Positions 23,297 to 38,716 of a DNA stretch of 64,000 nt are shown one piece after another. Position 1 is the stretch's first letter, and each line of letters begins with the position of its first letter. The stretch comes from Pseudogymnoascus verrucosus. Its lineage: Eukaryota. Under the pieces are notes generated by a model. It was given only the letters and a program-made list of their open reading frames with translations, ran no database searches and had not been told where the DNA came from. The translations under genes were made by a program, and so were the position numbers. Location: NCBI GenBank assembly GCA_001662655.1, contig KV460218.1; one strand, written 5' to 3'.

Positions 23297-23753
23297 GTGG
23301 GAGGGATGTTGGGCGCGGATTTTTTCGGAACTTGCATGGGAAGACGGACAGACATGCACCTGGGATGGGATGTTGGACATGCGAGGGGTTCTGGCGGGGA
23401 GTGGGAAATATTAAGGAAGGGCAGATACCATAGGTGGTGAATTGAGGCCGGGGTATGGCGTTACGACTGAGCACAAGATAGAGCTTCCATATAACAAGGG
23501 AAAAGGAAAGCATTATGAATCTTGACTGAACATTCTCGTACTCATGCCTCTGAAGAGTCTGGGTAGGGACTGTGCTAAAATGCAGTGATTATAGTGATTG
23601 TGGTTAGTTAAAGGCTTTCAATCACCCAAAGCTAAATTTGCTATAATAGCCATTCACAGATAGACAAAAGGAGAGAACATATGAGCTTAAATCGCTGGTA
23701 TCAATCCTCAGCCGTATGATTTGTCATGATATTTTCGTAAATATGGCCCTCGT

Positions 23754-26434
23754 CTACATCAAGCATCCTTGCTTGCGGCTACTGCCTACATCGCTGATGC
23801 CGACTCTGAGTCGCTTTCGGGGCCCGGTCATAATGAAAGCCTCCACAATCCACTCATACCACACCTTCCTATCATCCGTCTGTCTCCAGATGCTAACTTC
23901 AACCTCTGCATCATCTGGAACGTGTAGCGGGTTCTGTCTCTGTTAGATCATGCTGATACTCGGAAAATGTTCGAACATACCTTCAACGGGAAATATATCG
24001 GAAACCAACTGATCATATCCTTGCTCTTCGCATCGATGGTATCCGGCCTCGTGCTCAACTCCACAATCTCCCCCACCTGCTCACCAGTTGCGGATTTCCT
24101 CCGTCCGTCGTAAAGCACAGTCTCGAAATATCCCGCAATACCGTGAACCATACCCCTGTTCAGGCATACGAATTTACATCTCGAGTATCTCGCATTATGC
24201 TCATTCGCCCCATCTCCACCCGCCATACTACCACCGCCGCCACCGCTCACACCACCCTGTCGCCGCGCCTCAGCCAACTCAAGAGTGGCTGCAGGAAGCG
24301 GATGCACAAACTCCCATGCTTGCTGAATGCGGGGGTGGTCAGGGACGGAGGTGGCCAGGAAGTCAATCGCATGAAGCATGACAACGTAAGGCGTATCCGT
24401 TGCATCCGCGTCGTTGACAGCACGGTGAGAGATGTCTGCGTGGAGACGCGGAGCGAGAACCGGTGAGAGATGCGCCGTGTAGCTGCTTGGGATAGAGATT
24501 CCAAACTCCGGAGCTAGAACGTGCTGCACGCCATCAAGGCACTCGGGGCTCAACTCGTTGTCAGCGAAAGACCCAAGAAGCTCCGACACGATGATGTCGA
24601 CCTTTCCATATGTCGGGAGCTGTGCTTCAGATGAACCGGAATCCGCCGTCTTGCCTGACCGGCGAAGCGGACCTTTCCAGGCTCGCATATCCGATTTGAC
24701 AACATTCACAGCGTTGTCCCAGTCCTCTTCGTTGTGGCGCTGGAGGAGCACATAGGCATTTGGGTTCTTCTCCACCGCCCATGCCTCGATTGGGATGCCT
24801 GTTTTGGCAGATGCTCTCAGTGCTCTTGTGACGAGTGGTCCGCGGCCAGAGCCAGCTACCGCGAGGACCACAGCGCCAGATGCGGAGGATGTGGGCTTGT
24901 TCAAGGCCTTCCAGTCTGTGAGCGCAAGCGCAATGGCGCGCTCGTACCAGTCGTACTTGATAGGATCTTTCTCAAAGACTTCGTAGGTCACAGACTCGAG
25001 GTTGTCAGCTAGCGGCTGCAACGGGGCTTGCAAGTAATCCTGGTACCCGGACCCGAAACGTTCAATCACAGACCTGGGAGGCTGGTTACGTTGGAGGTAG
25101 CGGAGGTAAATGAGGTGAGCCGTTTGATCCTTTGCCTTGGACTTGGAATTCTGGCTTTCGCGCTTGATCAGAGAATTGAGGTCGGCCACCTGAGGCATCG
25201 GTGCCCCCGATGCGTCTGTGGTAACACTTGGGGAAGGGAAGCCGTCCGCCACAGGATATGGCTCGTAGGGCTCAACGTCCGGGATTGGCCCAATATCACA
25301 GAGTAAAAGCCATGGCGCATGCTTCAGGCGCATATATCGAGAAATGAGAGTCTGGTGGCCCTTCCCAAGGACTGGGTGGCCGCCCTTGTTTTTCAAGAAG
25401 GTAGAAGCATTAAATGAGAGCAATCGCAAAGGCTCAGCATACCAGCGAGATTGCAATGCTTCAGTTGGAAGCTGGCGAGGTATAGCAAGTGCTAAATGTT
25501 TGTATTAGCACGTCTGAGGCAAAAACATAAACATGAATCCAAACTTCTGCGGTTGTCCAATGCTTCAAGGGCTACAACAAACTGACATACAGCGAACGGC
25601 TTATGACCGGGGGGAGATGGATATATTAAATCGTTTCATTGGTTTCTTACCTACGGATAGCCTTGAGTTGTATTTACACACACTTCGAATGACGTTCCAC
25701 GCATCCCAGCTGTCGAATAGCTCCTCATCTTCATCGGAATCATCTGATATATATTCGGCTCTAGTGAAAGGTTTCATGTCGCCTAGAAGAGGGATAGCGG
25801 TGCTGTCTTTCTGGGGATACATAGGGATATGTATGGCCACATGGACATAACCGGCAACGCCGAGGGCCTCTTGTACGGCGCGAGCATATCGGGCCAATCC
25901 ATCGGCGGTGGCTGTGCTGCTGTTATACTGGCGAGGCCCGGGTATAATGATGTTGGTGACGCCGCAGAAAGAGGCAAACGCAACTTCCATAGTCAGGACT
26001 TGCCGAGATATATTGGAGATCAAGGGATCCGGGGATCCCAGGTCGATCCATGAGCTACAGTAGCCAACCAGCTGGCTGACCGTCTCTCCAGGTCCCAACG
26101 GAGTATCTGCCGAGTTGAAGGGCGGCAGTATCGGTGGAGGTAGCTCATTCGAAGAAGAGTCGGCAGACTTATATAATTCGAGCTGGTTTGATAGGAGGGA
26201 GAGAACTCGTGAGTGAAAGTGCGGTGTGGTTATTGGACTTGTAAGCATATCATACTGGGCAGGTCAGCGTCGTTCAACATGGGCGCATAGAGAGCAGCTG
26301 CATACCCCAACATCCTGTCCTTGACGCAAGGTTCTCTCCGAAATTGGTAGAGCTCTCCCGGCTTCATGGTGCCCAACGTAGAACGTTGGCATATAGTCGT
26401 CCACCATTGGTGGTCGTGAGGTTTCGGGATCCAT
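23754..26434 (-). CDS. HSL7: Protein arginine N-methyltransferase 5 (Skb1/Hsl7), multi-exon
   Basis: YQDYLQAPLQPLADNLES.TYEVFEKDPIKY, GSGRGPLV, AVEKNPNA, IIVSELLGSFADNELSPECLDG, SWFPIYFPLK; last exon KVWYEW..GCLM*. Confidence 0.94.
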
Positions 26435-26985
26435 TTGGGCTCACCTATTGGCAGCGAAAGGAAGCTATAAATGCGCGAGATATGTAGCAACTAGTTTATC
26501 GAGTTGACCAGCAATCCTAAAATATACAGTAAGCAAAGGACAAACTATGTGTCTTTATAAAGATTGTTCTCGGCCCATGGCTTTCGTGGGATGTTTCCTG
26601 TAACTTAATCCCTCGAAAGGCTATGGTGGGGGAACTTTTCGTTACAAGGTAGACAAACCTAGGCGAACACAGATAAAGATTCCCAAGAAAAATACAATAT
26701 TAATGGGATATATGGCATTTTGTGAATATTATTTGTACTAATGTGTTATATAAAAATATGATAATAGAGAATCCACAACAATTCCAAGACACAGCTCCCG
26801 TTTGTAGACAATTCCAGGCCGTGTGGGTTATATAAAGTGATATCGAACATCCCCAGCCTGATCACATGACCCCAGATAAAGCAGTTGCGACTAGCCACAA
26901 ACTCACTAGCTTACTCGTGTGGATTATACTTTTTCTTCCAGGCGCCAAATATCTCAGCCTTGCGCCGAAACAGAACTATTTTTGA

Positions 26986-29377
<2,392 letters not shown>

Positions 29378-29905
29378 GAGGCACGTTAGAAATGAGAATG
29401 AATTAGCCTTGGGCCGCTTGCGCTCCGCATAGAGCCGAGTTGTTTTCTGCTGGAGTACCCCATTGAGCGGCAAGGAGTAAATACCAACTGTCGCTTCTAA
29501 TGTCGACTGGAGAACATGGAGTTTCAAAATGGGTAGACGGCGGCGTCAATCACAAGTAGCCATTGATTGAATCATATATAGACGAGTCATGAGTTATGGC
29601 TAAGTAGACGAAATAAATCACTTAGACTCGACTGAATAATTCAGCCAAAATATATCAAGACACCAAACTTTGTTGCTATTAACCGTTGAGAGCGTAACTC
29701 ATTTGTTAAATGAGGCCCCTAGAAATTGATAATTTAGCTTTTGATCTAGAAGGTCTGTGACGTTGGGTGGCGGACAAGGGATCCAAAGGCGGTATCATTT
29801 TAGGTCTAGCGCATACGGCAGAAATATACTTGCATCCCAAAGTTTCGTTCTGTTAGCTGGGAGGCTAAATAATAAGTCGTCCTCCCGCCGCCACCATCTC
29901 TCGTT

Positions 29906-31810
29906 ATGTTAACAAGTTTAAACAAACTTATCACACTCAACTCACGAATCCGACTACCATCACTCATACAGACTTCAACCACCGCAATGATGAAAGAATC
30001 CAGGGATCGACCTCCCCAAAGGCGCGGGCCATATAACGCAGCGAAGAGAGATATGACCACAACTGGACCAAGGCGCAACAATGCTGCTCCAGGATCTCAA
30101 CAAGAAGCACCACTTCCGAGAGTGTCTACTCCTCCTTTGGCCGAGCCAGTCCCACTCGACACACCGAGATTTGCGGATCTGGGCAAAGAGAACCTCCTCG
30201 ACCCTATCCTGCTCCAAACTATCACCGAAGACCTCAAGTTCGACCACATGATGCCGGTGCAGGCAGCGACATTACACGACCTCCTCCAAAAGCGAACTGA
30301 TGTCCTCGCGCAAGCCAAGACTGGAACGGGAAAGACGATTGCTTTCCTCCTTCCCGCTATCCAAACCATGCTCAACAAGGGCAGACAACAAGGTGGCATT
30401 TCCCTGCTTGTCATCTCCCCGACGAGAGAGCTGGCTATGCAGATTGCAAAGGAGGCATCGGCTTTACTCCAGCGTCTCCCACAATTCAAGGTTCAATTTG
30501 CCATCGGAGGTACAAACAAGGACAGAGAAGAGAAGCAAATCCTCGGCAGATGTGATATTCTGATCGCCACCCCTGGACGACTATACGACCACCTGAGCAA
30601 CCAGAGAATCCGCGATTCGTTCAGGAATCTTGATACCCTCGTTCTCGATGAAGCTGATCGCCTCCTGGACATGGGTTTCATGAATGCGCTGAAGGATATC
30701 ATCAAGTGCCTCCCAGACAAGGAGATGTCCCAGCGCCAGGGCATGCTCTTCTCCGCAACCATCGCACCGCATGTGCAGAAATTTGCTCATCTTGTCCTCA
30801 ACAAGGAGTACAAATTCACATCCACAATCCCCAAGGGTGAAGTCAACACCCACGAGCGTGTTCCGCAACTCCTGGTCACTGTCCCCACATTCTCCGCCGT
30901 CGCACCCGCACTCATCTCATCCCTCCGCTCCGAAATGGCTATTGCCGGCAAGGAGAACTTCAAAGTCATCGTCTTCGCCCCCACCGGCTCGCTCGCCGAC
31001 TGGTACGCCGCCATCCTCTCCTCCCTAAAAGACCTCCCCGAGGTCTCCGTCCTCCACTCCCGCCTCTCTCAATCCAAGCGCACCAACGTCACCGAGGCCT
31101 TCCGCAAATCCTCATCCTCCGTCCTGGTCGCCACCGACGTCGTCGCCCGCGGCATGGACTTCCCCAACGTCTCCAACGTCTTCCAGGCCGGCATCCCCGC
31201 CGACAAGGAATCCTACATCCACCGTCTCGGCCGAACCGCCCGTGCTGGCCGTGAGGGACGCGCCGTCTTCATCGTCACCGAAGCCGAGTCGTTCTTCCCC
31301 AAGTACACACTCAAGGAGATTACATTCGAGACCTCGGCGCCTGATCTTTCCCCCGCCACCGAAATCGCAGGACCGGCTGCGGCGTTCGATAACAAGGGTA
31401 AGGTCTACCAGGCCTGGTTGGGATACTACAAGAACTACGTCAGGCAGTTCGGGTGGGACCTCGAGAGGCTCGTGGCTGAGGGAAACCAGTTCGCGTTCGA
31501 TGCACTGGTTGCTGGTGAGGTGCCTGGCATCCCAAAGAGCACGGTGGGCAAGATGGGACTTAAGGGTGTCAGGGGCGTGAATATCGTCGCGAACTTCGAG
31601 AAGCCCCCGAGAGGAGGCGGTGGAAGGGGTGGTGGTGAGGGACGCAGCAGAGGTTCTGGTGGACAGGGACAGGTTGGCGGTGGCCATGCGAATGCCAATG
31701 GTGGTGGACAGGTACCTGGAGGAGGTGGTAGTGGTGGCGGCCGCGGTGGCGGTGCTGGACGAGGACGCGGAGGTGGTGGTAGGGGTGGTGGACGTGGCGG
31801 AAGGAGCTGA
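29906..31810 (+). CDS. MSS116: DEAD-box RNA helicase, Mss116/CYT-19-like, with RGG tail
   Basis: AKTGTGKT, PTRELA, DEAD, SAT, ARGMDF, HRLGRTAR, YQAWLGYY C-terminal extension and G/R-rich tail. Subfamily assignment is by resemblance only. Confidence 0.8.
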   Translation: MLTSLNKLITLNSRIRLPSLIQTSTTAMMKESRDRPPQRRGPYNAAKRDMTTTGPRRNNAAPGSQQEAPLPRVSTPPLAEPVPLDTPRFADLGKENLLDPILLQTITEDLKFDHMMPVQAATLHDLLQKRTDVLAQAKTGTGKTIAFLLPAIQTMLNKGRQQGGISLLVISPTRELAMQIAKEASALLQRLPQFKVQFAIGGTNKDREEKQILGRCDILIATPGRLYDHLSNQRIRDSFRNLDTLVLDEADRLLDMGFMNALKDIIKCLPDKEMSQRQGMLFSATIAPHVQKFAHLVLNKEYKFTSTIPKGEVNTHERVPQLLVTVPTFSAVAPALISSLRSEMAIAGKENFKVIVFAPTGSLADWYAAILSSLKDLPEVSVLHSRLSQSKRTNVTEAFRKSSSSVLVATDVVARGMDFPNVSNVFQAGIPADKESYIHRLGRTARAGREGRAVFIVTEAESFFPKYTLKEITFETSAPDLSPATEIAGPAAAFDNKGKVYQAWLGYYKNYVRQFGWDLERLVAEGNQFAFDALVAGEVPGIPKSTVGKMGLKGVRGVNIVANFEKPPRGGGGRGGGEGRSRGSGGQGQVGGGHANANGGGQVPGGGGSGGGRGGGAGRGRGGGGRGGGRGGRS

Positions 31811-32434
31811 AGGGGACGAGGCAATGCAATGACCTGTTAGATGGATGTGGTTTCTTTTGTGTTTTCAACGGCAATCAATAGACGGCATGTTCAGGGATAG
31901 AGGATCTGGAGCACTGGATGGGAGGTGGAAGATACCCTTTCCTTGTTTTGTGACTTGCGTTGTATAATTAGACTAGCAGATAGAAAAGTTTTATTTTGGT
32001 ATACCTGTACGGATGAAGGTCTACTGTAGCTCTATCTCATACAGTGCTTCCTTCTTCTAATATATTTCATTCTTGTGACAGCTACACTGTATAGTTCGCT
32101 CTGACACAATGACACACCATTTCCTCCCTATACAGTTCCATCTCATAATAACCAAGCAAGCAAACTATACCTCGGCATCTTTTTCAAGGCGCTTTCTTGA
32201 GCACACTACAGAGCGCAAGGTAACTCTCATCCAGTCACGCGATGAGGGGATTCCGGTCCGTACGGTCCGTCTAATTCATACGTGAACTTAACACCACCAG
32301 CAATTGAAGCAACAACAAAAGCAAAAATGTAGCATAAAACCATCATCCGATTCATACATCACCTGCAAAAACATCATCCTCCAATCAATTAAGCAAAAGC
32401 ACAAACTGTCAAAGACGACAAAAAGATAATTTAA

Positions 32435-32552
32435 TGCGTCGACCGGGACTCGAACCCGGACCGTGAGCAAACACGTTTGAAGTCCACGTTACCGCAGACC
32501 CCAGCTTTTTACAGACTGGGAAGCTCACATTCTACCCTTAAACTATCGACGC
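32435..32552 (-). tRNA. tRNA-Gly(CCC) with a 47-nt intron (32470-32516)
   Basis: Reverse complement reads GCGTCGA TAGTTTAAGGGTAGAATG TGAGC TT CCC A [intron] T GCTCA CGGT CCGGGTTCGAGTCCCGG TCGACGC A. Confidence 0.92.
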
Positions 32553-33962
32553 TGTTGATTGAAATGAGGGAGCAAATTTGGGATTATAGAGGGGGTAGAA
32601 TGGCGAATCTTTCAGAAATATATTCAATCGCGGGTGAGACATTGAGTTGGCAGGAGTTATGGTGATGGTACGCATGTTTATCACTTGGTATGGTGTCACA
32701 AAGAGTTACATATACTTAAACTGACTCGTACCCAGTGGATTTAACTCTAATGGCACCTCTGTACGAGTAAGGAATGACGAATTTATTATGTTGGTGTCTT
32801 CCATTTGGGCTCTAGATATGTTTCTTGCCAGGAGAAAAGGTCACTCACCAGCGGTCTACTCTTCACCAGCGATCTACAGTATCAAGCCCTACCCCAGTGA
32901 TTGGTAATCTGAAATTGGCCTCCATATCGCCATACCCTGCCGCCATCCGGAGGCAAAAGCGAAACGTGCGGGGCATGGCGTGAGTACCTCTGCAACCAGG
33001 TAGGGGTTCTTCCACGGTAATTCTTTACTAACTGTTCATCAGATAAGAACGGCGGCGGACATCGATCCTCTCGCGGCCTCCGCCCTCCATTCCATCCCCG
33101 GGTATATTATATAATATATATCTTGAACCCCCCTCGCCAGCCTACATAGCTAGACAGCATCATTCCATCGATGCTCTAGAAGACTCTTGGTACTTTCCAT
33201 CTCCACCGGAGCCCCATGGAAACTCCATGGAGACCCCGGCCCAGACACCAAGAGCGGATCTAGATCCGCTATCTTGCCTCGCCTCGGTCCGACCATCGGT
33301 CTCCTCACCACCAACCCCAAACTCCGAATGAAAAAGAGGGGAGGAGAGGGGAGAAGAAGGAGGGGGACACTGCATACGGATATATGTGGATGTCCCGTGT
33401 GGGTGATGACCTACTTTTAACCCAAAGCTCCCCCCTCCTCCCCCCCTAACCCCCGACTCCCCTCCCCAAACCCCAAGCCACCACGAGGGAGGACGCACGC
33501 TACGGGAGTGCGGCACACAGGATCGGTGGCCTCCCCACCCTACAACCAGCATAGCGCTCCATAGCGCAGCGCTGTACTCCACGCCCGCGAAAAAAATCGA
33601 GGTGCCGATTGGAGTAAAATCCACCATTGGCGCCCTTCGCGGCGCTCCATGCTATTTTTCACTATGGGGGAGGGGAGTCATGACATGCGATTACTGTGAT
33701 CGGGGCCCCGTCAGGACTGAGCCCGGCCCAGCTCGTCTGGGTTTCTGCAACGTTAGCTGGCTTTTGGAGCGAGATGGATGACCCCATCCATGGGGAGAGC
33801 CCAGCCTTAAAGGCGCCCAGTCCCGCCCCAAGGCGACTATTCTTGGGCCGCGGTGATTTTATTCAGTTCTTTATTTTTTCTATAGTGACCTTGCTTGTCC
33901 GTGCTACTGCTGCTGTTGTTGCTGCTTGTTGTTTAATGCTTCCTATGGGTTGAATCACTGCC

Positions 33963-35657
33963 ATGACCACCTCTGCCCCTTCCACACAGGCATCCATCAT
34001 CCTCGATGAGAAGGACTTAGAAGCCTCCGCCGAGCGTAGAAACAGCATCCCGAGCCAACATGGCAAGGAGGACCTGCTGCCGGCGCCCACGCGCGAGGCC
34101 ATCCTCGCCGTCCCAGGTCTAACTGCTGACCTTGAGGCTCCGGGGGTTTACATCGTCAGCTGGGATGGCCCAGACGACAAGGCCAACCCGCTCAACTTCT
34201 CAGTTTCTCGAAGATGGCTCACAGTAGCCAACGTCAGCCTCATCACCTTCATCACGTAGGACCGACCGCTCATGCACCCCTCCGCCCCTCCCCCCCAAGA
34301 AAATAAAGAGTCTATATCTAACAACCCCCCTAGCCCTCTAGCCTCCTCCATGTTCGCCCCCAGCGTCCCAACCCTCATGAAAGAATTCGACGTCCAATCG
34401 CCCCTCCTCTCCGCCTTTGTCGTCTCCGTCTTCATCCTCGGCTTCGTCATCGGCCCCGTCGTCTGCTCCCCCCTCTCAGAGCTCTACGGCCGCCTCCCCA
34501 TCTACCACTCCTCCAACGTCCTCTTCTTCCTCAGCACCATCGCCTGCGCCGAGGCAAAGAGTCTAAACATGCTCATCGGCTTCCGCTTCCTCGCTGGGTG
34601 CGCAGGCGCCGCCGCGCTAGCTATCGGGGGCGGCACAATCGCCGACGTGATCCCCATCCACCACCGCGGGAAGGCTATGGTCCTCTTCTCCATGGGCCCC
34701 GTCCTCGGACCAGTAGTAGGGCCCGTGGGCGGCGGATTCGCAGTCCAGGCGCTGGGATGGCGCTGGATCTTCTGGATCCTCACTATACTCTCTGGCTGCG
34801 TCACGCTGCTGACATTCGCTGTTATGCGGGAGACGTTCGCGCCGACGCTGCTTGGGCGCAAGACTACGCGCATGCAGAAGGAGTATCCTAAGTACAAGTT
34901 CCGCTCGCAGTATCACACGGGTATGAAGGCTAGTGCCTATCTTCGACGCTCGCTGGTGAGGCCGCTACGCATGCTTGTCAATCCGATAGTGCTCATTCTG
35001 TCGATATACCTCGCGGTTGGCTATGGATACCTATACATCCTCTTCACGACTTTCGCGATCGTCTTCAGGGACCAGTACGGTTTCTCCCCAGGGACTGTAG
35101 GATTGTCGTTTCTGGGCTGTGGGATTGGTTCCGTGGTGGGAGCAATCCTTTATTACTTCACGAGTGATAGAATCTTGCACCGGCTGTCTAAAGCAACCGG
35201 ACCTCAGCCTGAGCATCGTGCTCCGCTGATGTGCTATGGGGCTATTTTAATGCCCATTGGGCTATTCATGTACGGCTGGGCAGCTGAGAAGCAGGTACAC
35301 TGGATTGTGCCTATAATCGGCACGGGAATTTTTGGCCATGCGCTGGTAATGGTATTTGTAAGTACACCGGGGACGCACGTTATGAGTCCCTACTAATGAT
35401 CACCCCAGCAATCTATATTGAACTATATTGTCGACACATTCGACATCTATTCAGCATCGGCTCTGGCGGCGAATATGGTACTGCGGTCTCTTGGTGGGGC
35501 GTTTTTGCCGCTGGCTGGCGAAGATATGTATGCTACATTGGGACTTGGATGGGGCAACTCTCTTTTGGCATTTATTGCGGTTGCCCTCATACCAGTGCCA
35601 TTTGCCATTTTCAAGTACGGCCATCGCATAAGGGCAATGGCAACAGTCAAAATCTAG
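33963..35657 (+). CDS. MFS drug:H+ antiporter (DHA1 family), 3 exons
   Basis: WDGPDDKANPLNFS, PLSELYGRLP, GPVLGPVVGPVGGG, GWRWIFW, PEHR, LGLGWGNSLL; introns at about 34256-34333 and 35358-35408. Confidence 0.93.
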
Positions 35658-38600
35658 AATAAAATAAAATAGAATAATATAGGCTTAATAGGCTTCTAAC
35701 TTCTCTATGAGCTTCGTATTATAGACATGCGGCGCCTCAGCGCGGTTGTGTTTGCTAGCATAAATGAGTGTTAGCGATCTGAAAGTATGCATTGGGTAAG
35801 GGAGACTTATCGAAAAAAAAAAGTGAGCGATACCTCTGTTCGAGGTACCGCTTTCAAGAGTCCACCCTGACTCATCACAGCATCCCAAGGCCTCGAAAGG
35901 AAACATCACTAGCATCAAAACTAAACCTTTCTCCACAAGTGTAGACAGGCACTAAGCCTTGACTCCAACTCGAGATGGGTCCCACACAAGCGGTTTCGGG
36001 CCATTCCTTAACTAGTGATGCACCGGAGGGCAAGGTCAGTCGTGTGAGCAAGAGGAGTGGACTCGCCACCGCAACTACACCAATTTCACCCCTGGCATAA
36101 ACCCAGCGAATATGCTCCCGTAGACGCCCTTCAAAATACTGTTTTCCCGGAAGAGGCGCACAACTCCGACAGGCAATCGGTCCACTGGCAATCCGAAGCT
36201 CGGGTCCAGATCATCATCGCGCGGAGAACAAGCAGATTTCTCTCTGTTTGTAAGCAATGCCCTCGGAGATAAGTTTTTCGATTCCTCGCTTGGAATAAGC
36301 AAGCGGGCACAAACGGACAAAAGACATCAACAAAAGCCGTGAAGGCGCGAGCGGAAGCTTTAGGGGCAACTGGTCGCGCGGTGGCCAATTCCAAAAAGGA
36401 ACTGACGTTGTGTTGGCGCCCTCCAGTCATCTCATGGACGGAGCCATGAGGAGAAGGTTGATGCAGCTGATCGTGACTTTGATGCAAGCATCAACAACGC
36501 CTGTGGCTGTTGCCTTGGCAGAGGTTTCTTGGGCTTATAATGGTCGTCAAGGAACGATGGGGTGGATATAGTGATTGACAAAGTAGTCAATAGGAACATA
36601 TGGAATGCTTCCCTGAAACTGAATTCGCAATCTGCCATCCCTGAAATCAATGCAACAACGTCGAGCTTAGGGCAATGCAGGAGCCAAACAAATACAGCCA
36701 TTTCTTGGTGAAACCAAGTACCGCCTTCTGCACCATCTCTGTATGAAGACCTGAAATACTGCTAACTGGCAGAACGAAACCAGGCCATTCAAGGCTGGAA
36801 GCTCTCCGTATGGAAGCCATCGAAACCTCGCTCTGTCAGACTCTGACAATTCCCACGAGTTGGATCGAGGCAAGAATGAGAGCATAGCCAAGGAGATGGT
36901 GTAGAAGACAGTATGCATGTAGGAAATGTATTTGAGCTCTACCGAGACTCTTCGGTCGAGGAATGCTAACAGAGTTGATAGACAGAAAGTTGTCAAAAGA
37001 CTCTCATCGAACCCAGTGCAGTTGAAAGCACCCGAATACAACCTCCACACTGAGAGTTGCATATATGTAACCAACACGTATATCCCACCGTACCAATGAC
37101 TTAAGCACCAAAGAAACAGTCGGGGCTTGATCAGAGTATAACGCCCAGCAGATGAGTCTGACGAGCTCCCTCGCGGAGGGTATTACCAGAATGGCTCATA
37201 GAAACATCTCTTTTGTGTCCGAAGACTCTAGGCTCCCCAGCTTGTGTTTCGGGCCCTTGGTCTTCCATTGCACCACTTTTCAGCTTAACAAGTTTCGTAC
37301 CAAGAGACGTAGTAAACAAAGCCGAGCAACATGTCTGCAAAACTTGGAAAAACCAACGATTACTTAGGGTTAAGTTCCAATACCCATTCCCAACTCCAAT
37401 CCATGTTGCCCGCCCCCCGGGGGGGCTGCAACCAGACGCGGAACCGATCGCGGCATGCTCATGGTGAGACTCGCGTGGAGCTCGAGGATGCGACGCCGCG
37501 AGAGGCTGCTGGACTGGAGAAGAGGCCAGAGGCATTCCTTTCGGAAAATGAGTACCGGATGACTGTGGAGAAGGCGCGTTGCTATTTTGTGACCTCTTCA
37601 TACAGAGGTTGAGAGAAGTTGCCAGTCCTGTGCGATGATGATGATCTGGGTCGCGAACAACGAGCTGTCAATGGATTGGGTCCTGTAGTTGAGAAGTTGA
37701 GTCCTCTGCCGGTCGAGTATTCCTGGTGATAATCTAAACGGAGCATATTGGCCATGGCAACATGTCGGGCGCATTGAAATTGGCGATGAGCTGCAAATGG
37801 GTTGAAGAAAGAGGGAAGTAACCAGCCAGGGAATATATAAGAGACGCGAGTAAACACGCGTAATCACGTGAGATATAAATGTGGTTTGGGCCCACTTATC
37901 AGTGGTTATCAGCGATTAGGTAAGCGATGGATATAGATTATGGCGACAACAACATAACATAGGAGTCAGTTGCAACATTAACATGAAAGCAATATCAGAT
38001 ATAAACTTCGGAAGGGGTTTGTTATTTGCTTTTTTACATAAAATTGTGTGTATGCAGCCACCAGAAGTCTGTCGAGGCTCGAGATGCACAACTGTACCCA
38101 GTAGGAAGCAGAGAAGGCATATGCCGTAGGGGGCTCATTTCGTAGAGTATGGGATTCAAGATAAGTGAATTTTAGCTGCTGTCTCTCTCTCAAGTTATGC
38201 TTGTCAGGTAAGCTAGTATCAGGTCTCGCCATGTGGGATTATTTAATTGTTATTCCCTCTTTATGGCCACTATATTACATGATCTGTACGGCTGGAGGTT
38301 GAAACATGGAATCTTTATCATGGGGATCATATGGCATATCTTCTGGCGTATCTTCTGGCGCTAGCCTACTAAATTTTAATATCTGTTATTTAAATGTTTG
38401 TGTGCAGGAAGTACTGTGCAGTATTTAAATTGTTGACGCGAGTTGCACCTTCTTTGCCGCCTCTCGCTCTCTGCCTCTGCCTTTGTTGTCGTACATCACC
38501 CCCCTTCTTGCCCTCAGTCGCGCTTACCCCCACAACAACCCTCTAACTTCGCACCTTTTCTGCACAACAACAAACTCTTCGTTGCATCTCCTTGCTTTCT

Positions 38601-38716
38601 CTTCTTCCTTAATTCACCCCTTCACCACCAAGGCCCCCTTCCCCAAAAATTTAAACTTGTTGATACCCTTTCATTCCAACCTGCTGGATGCTTGCTCAAT
38701 ATCGAACCCCCTACCA

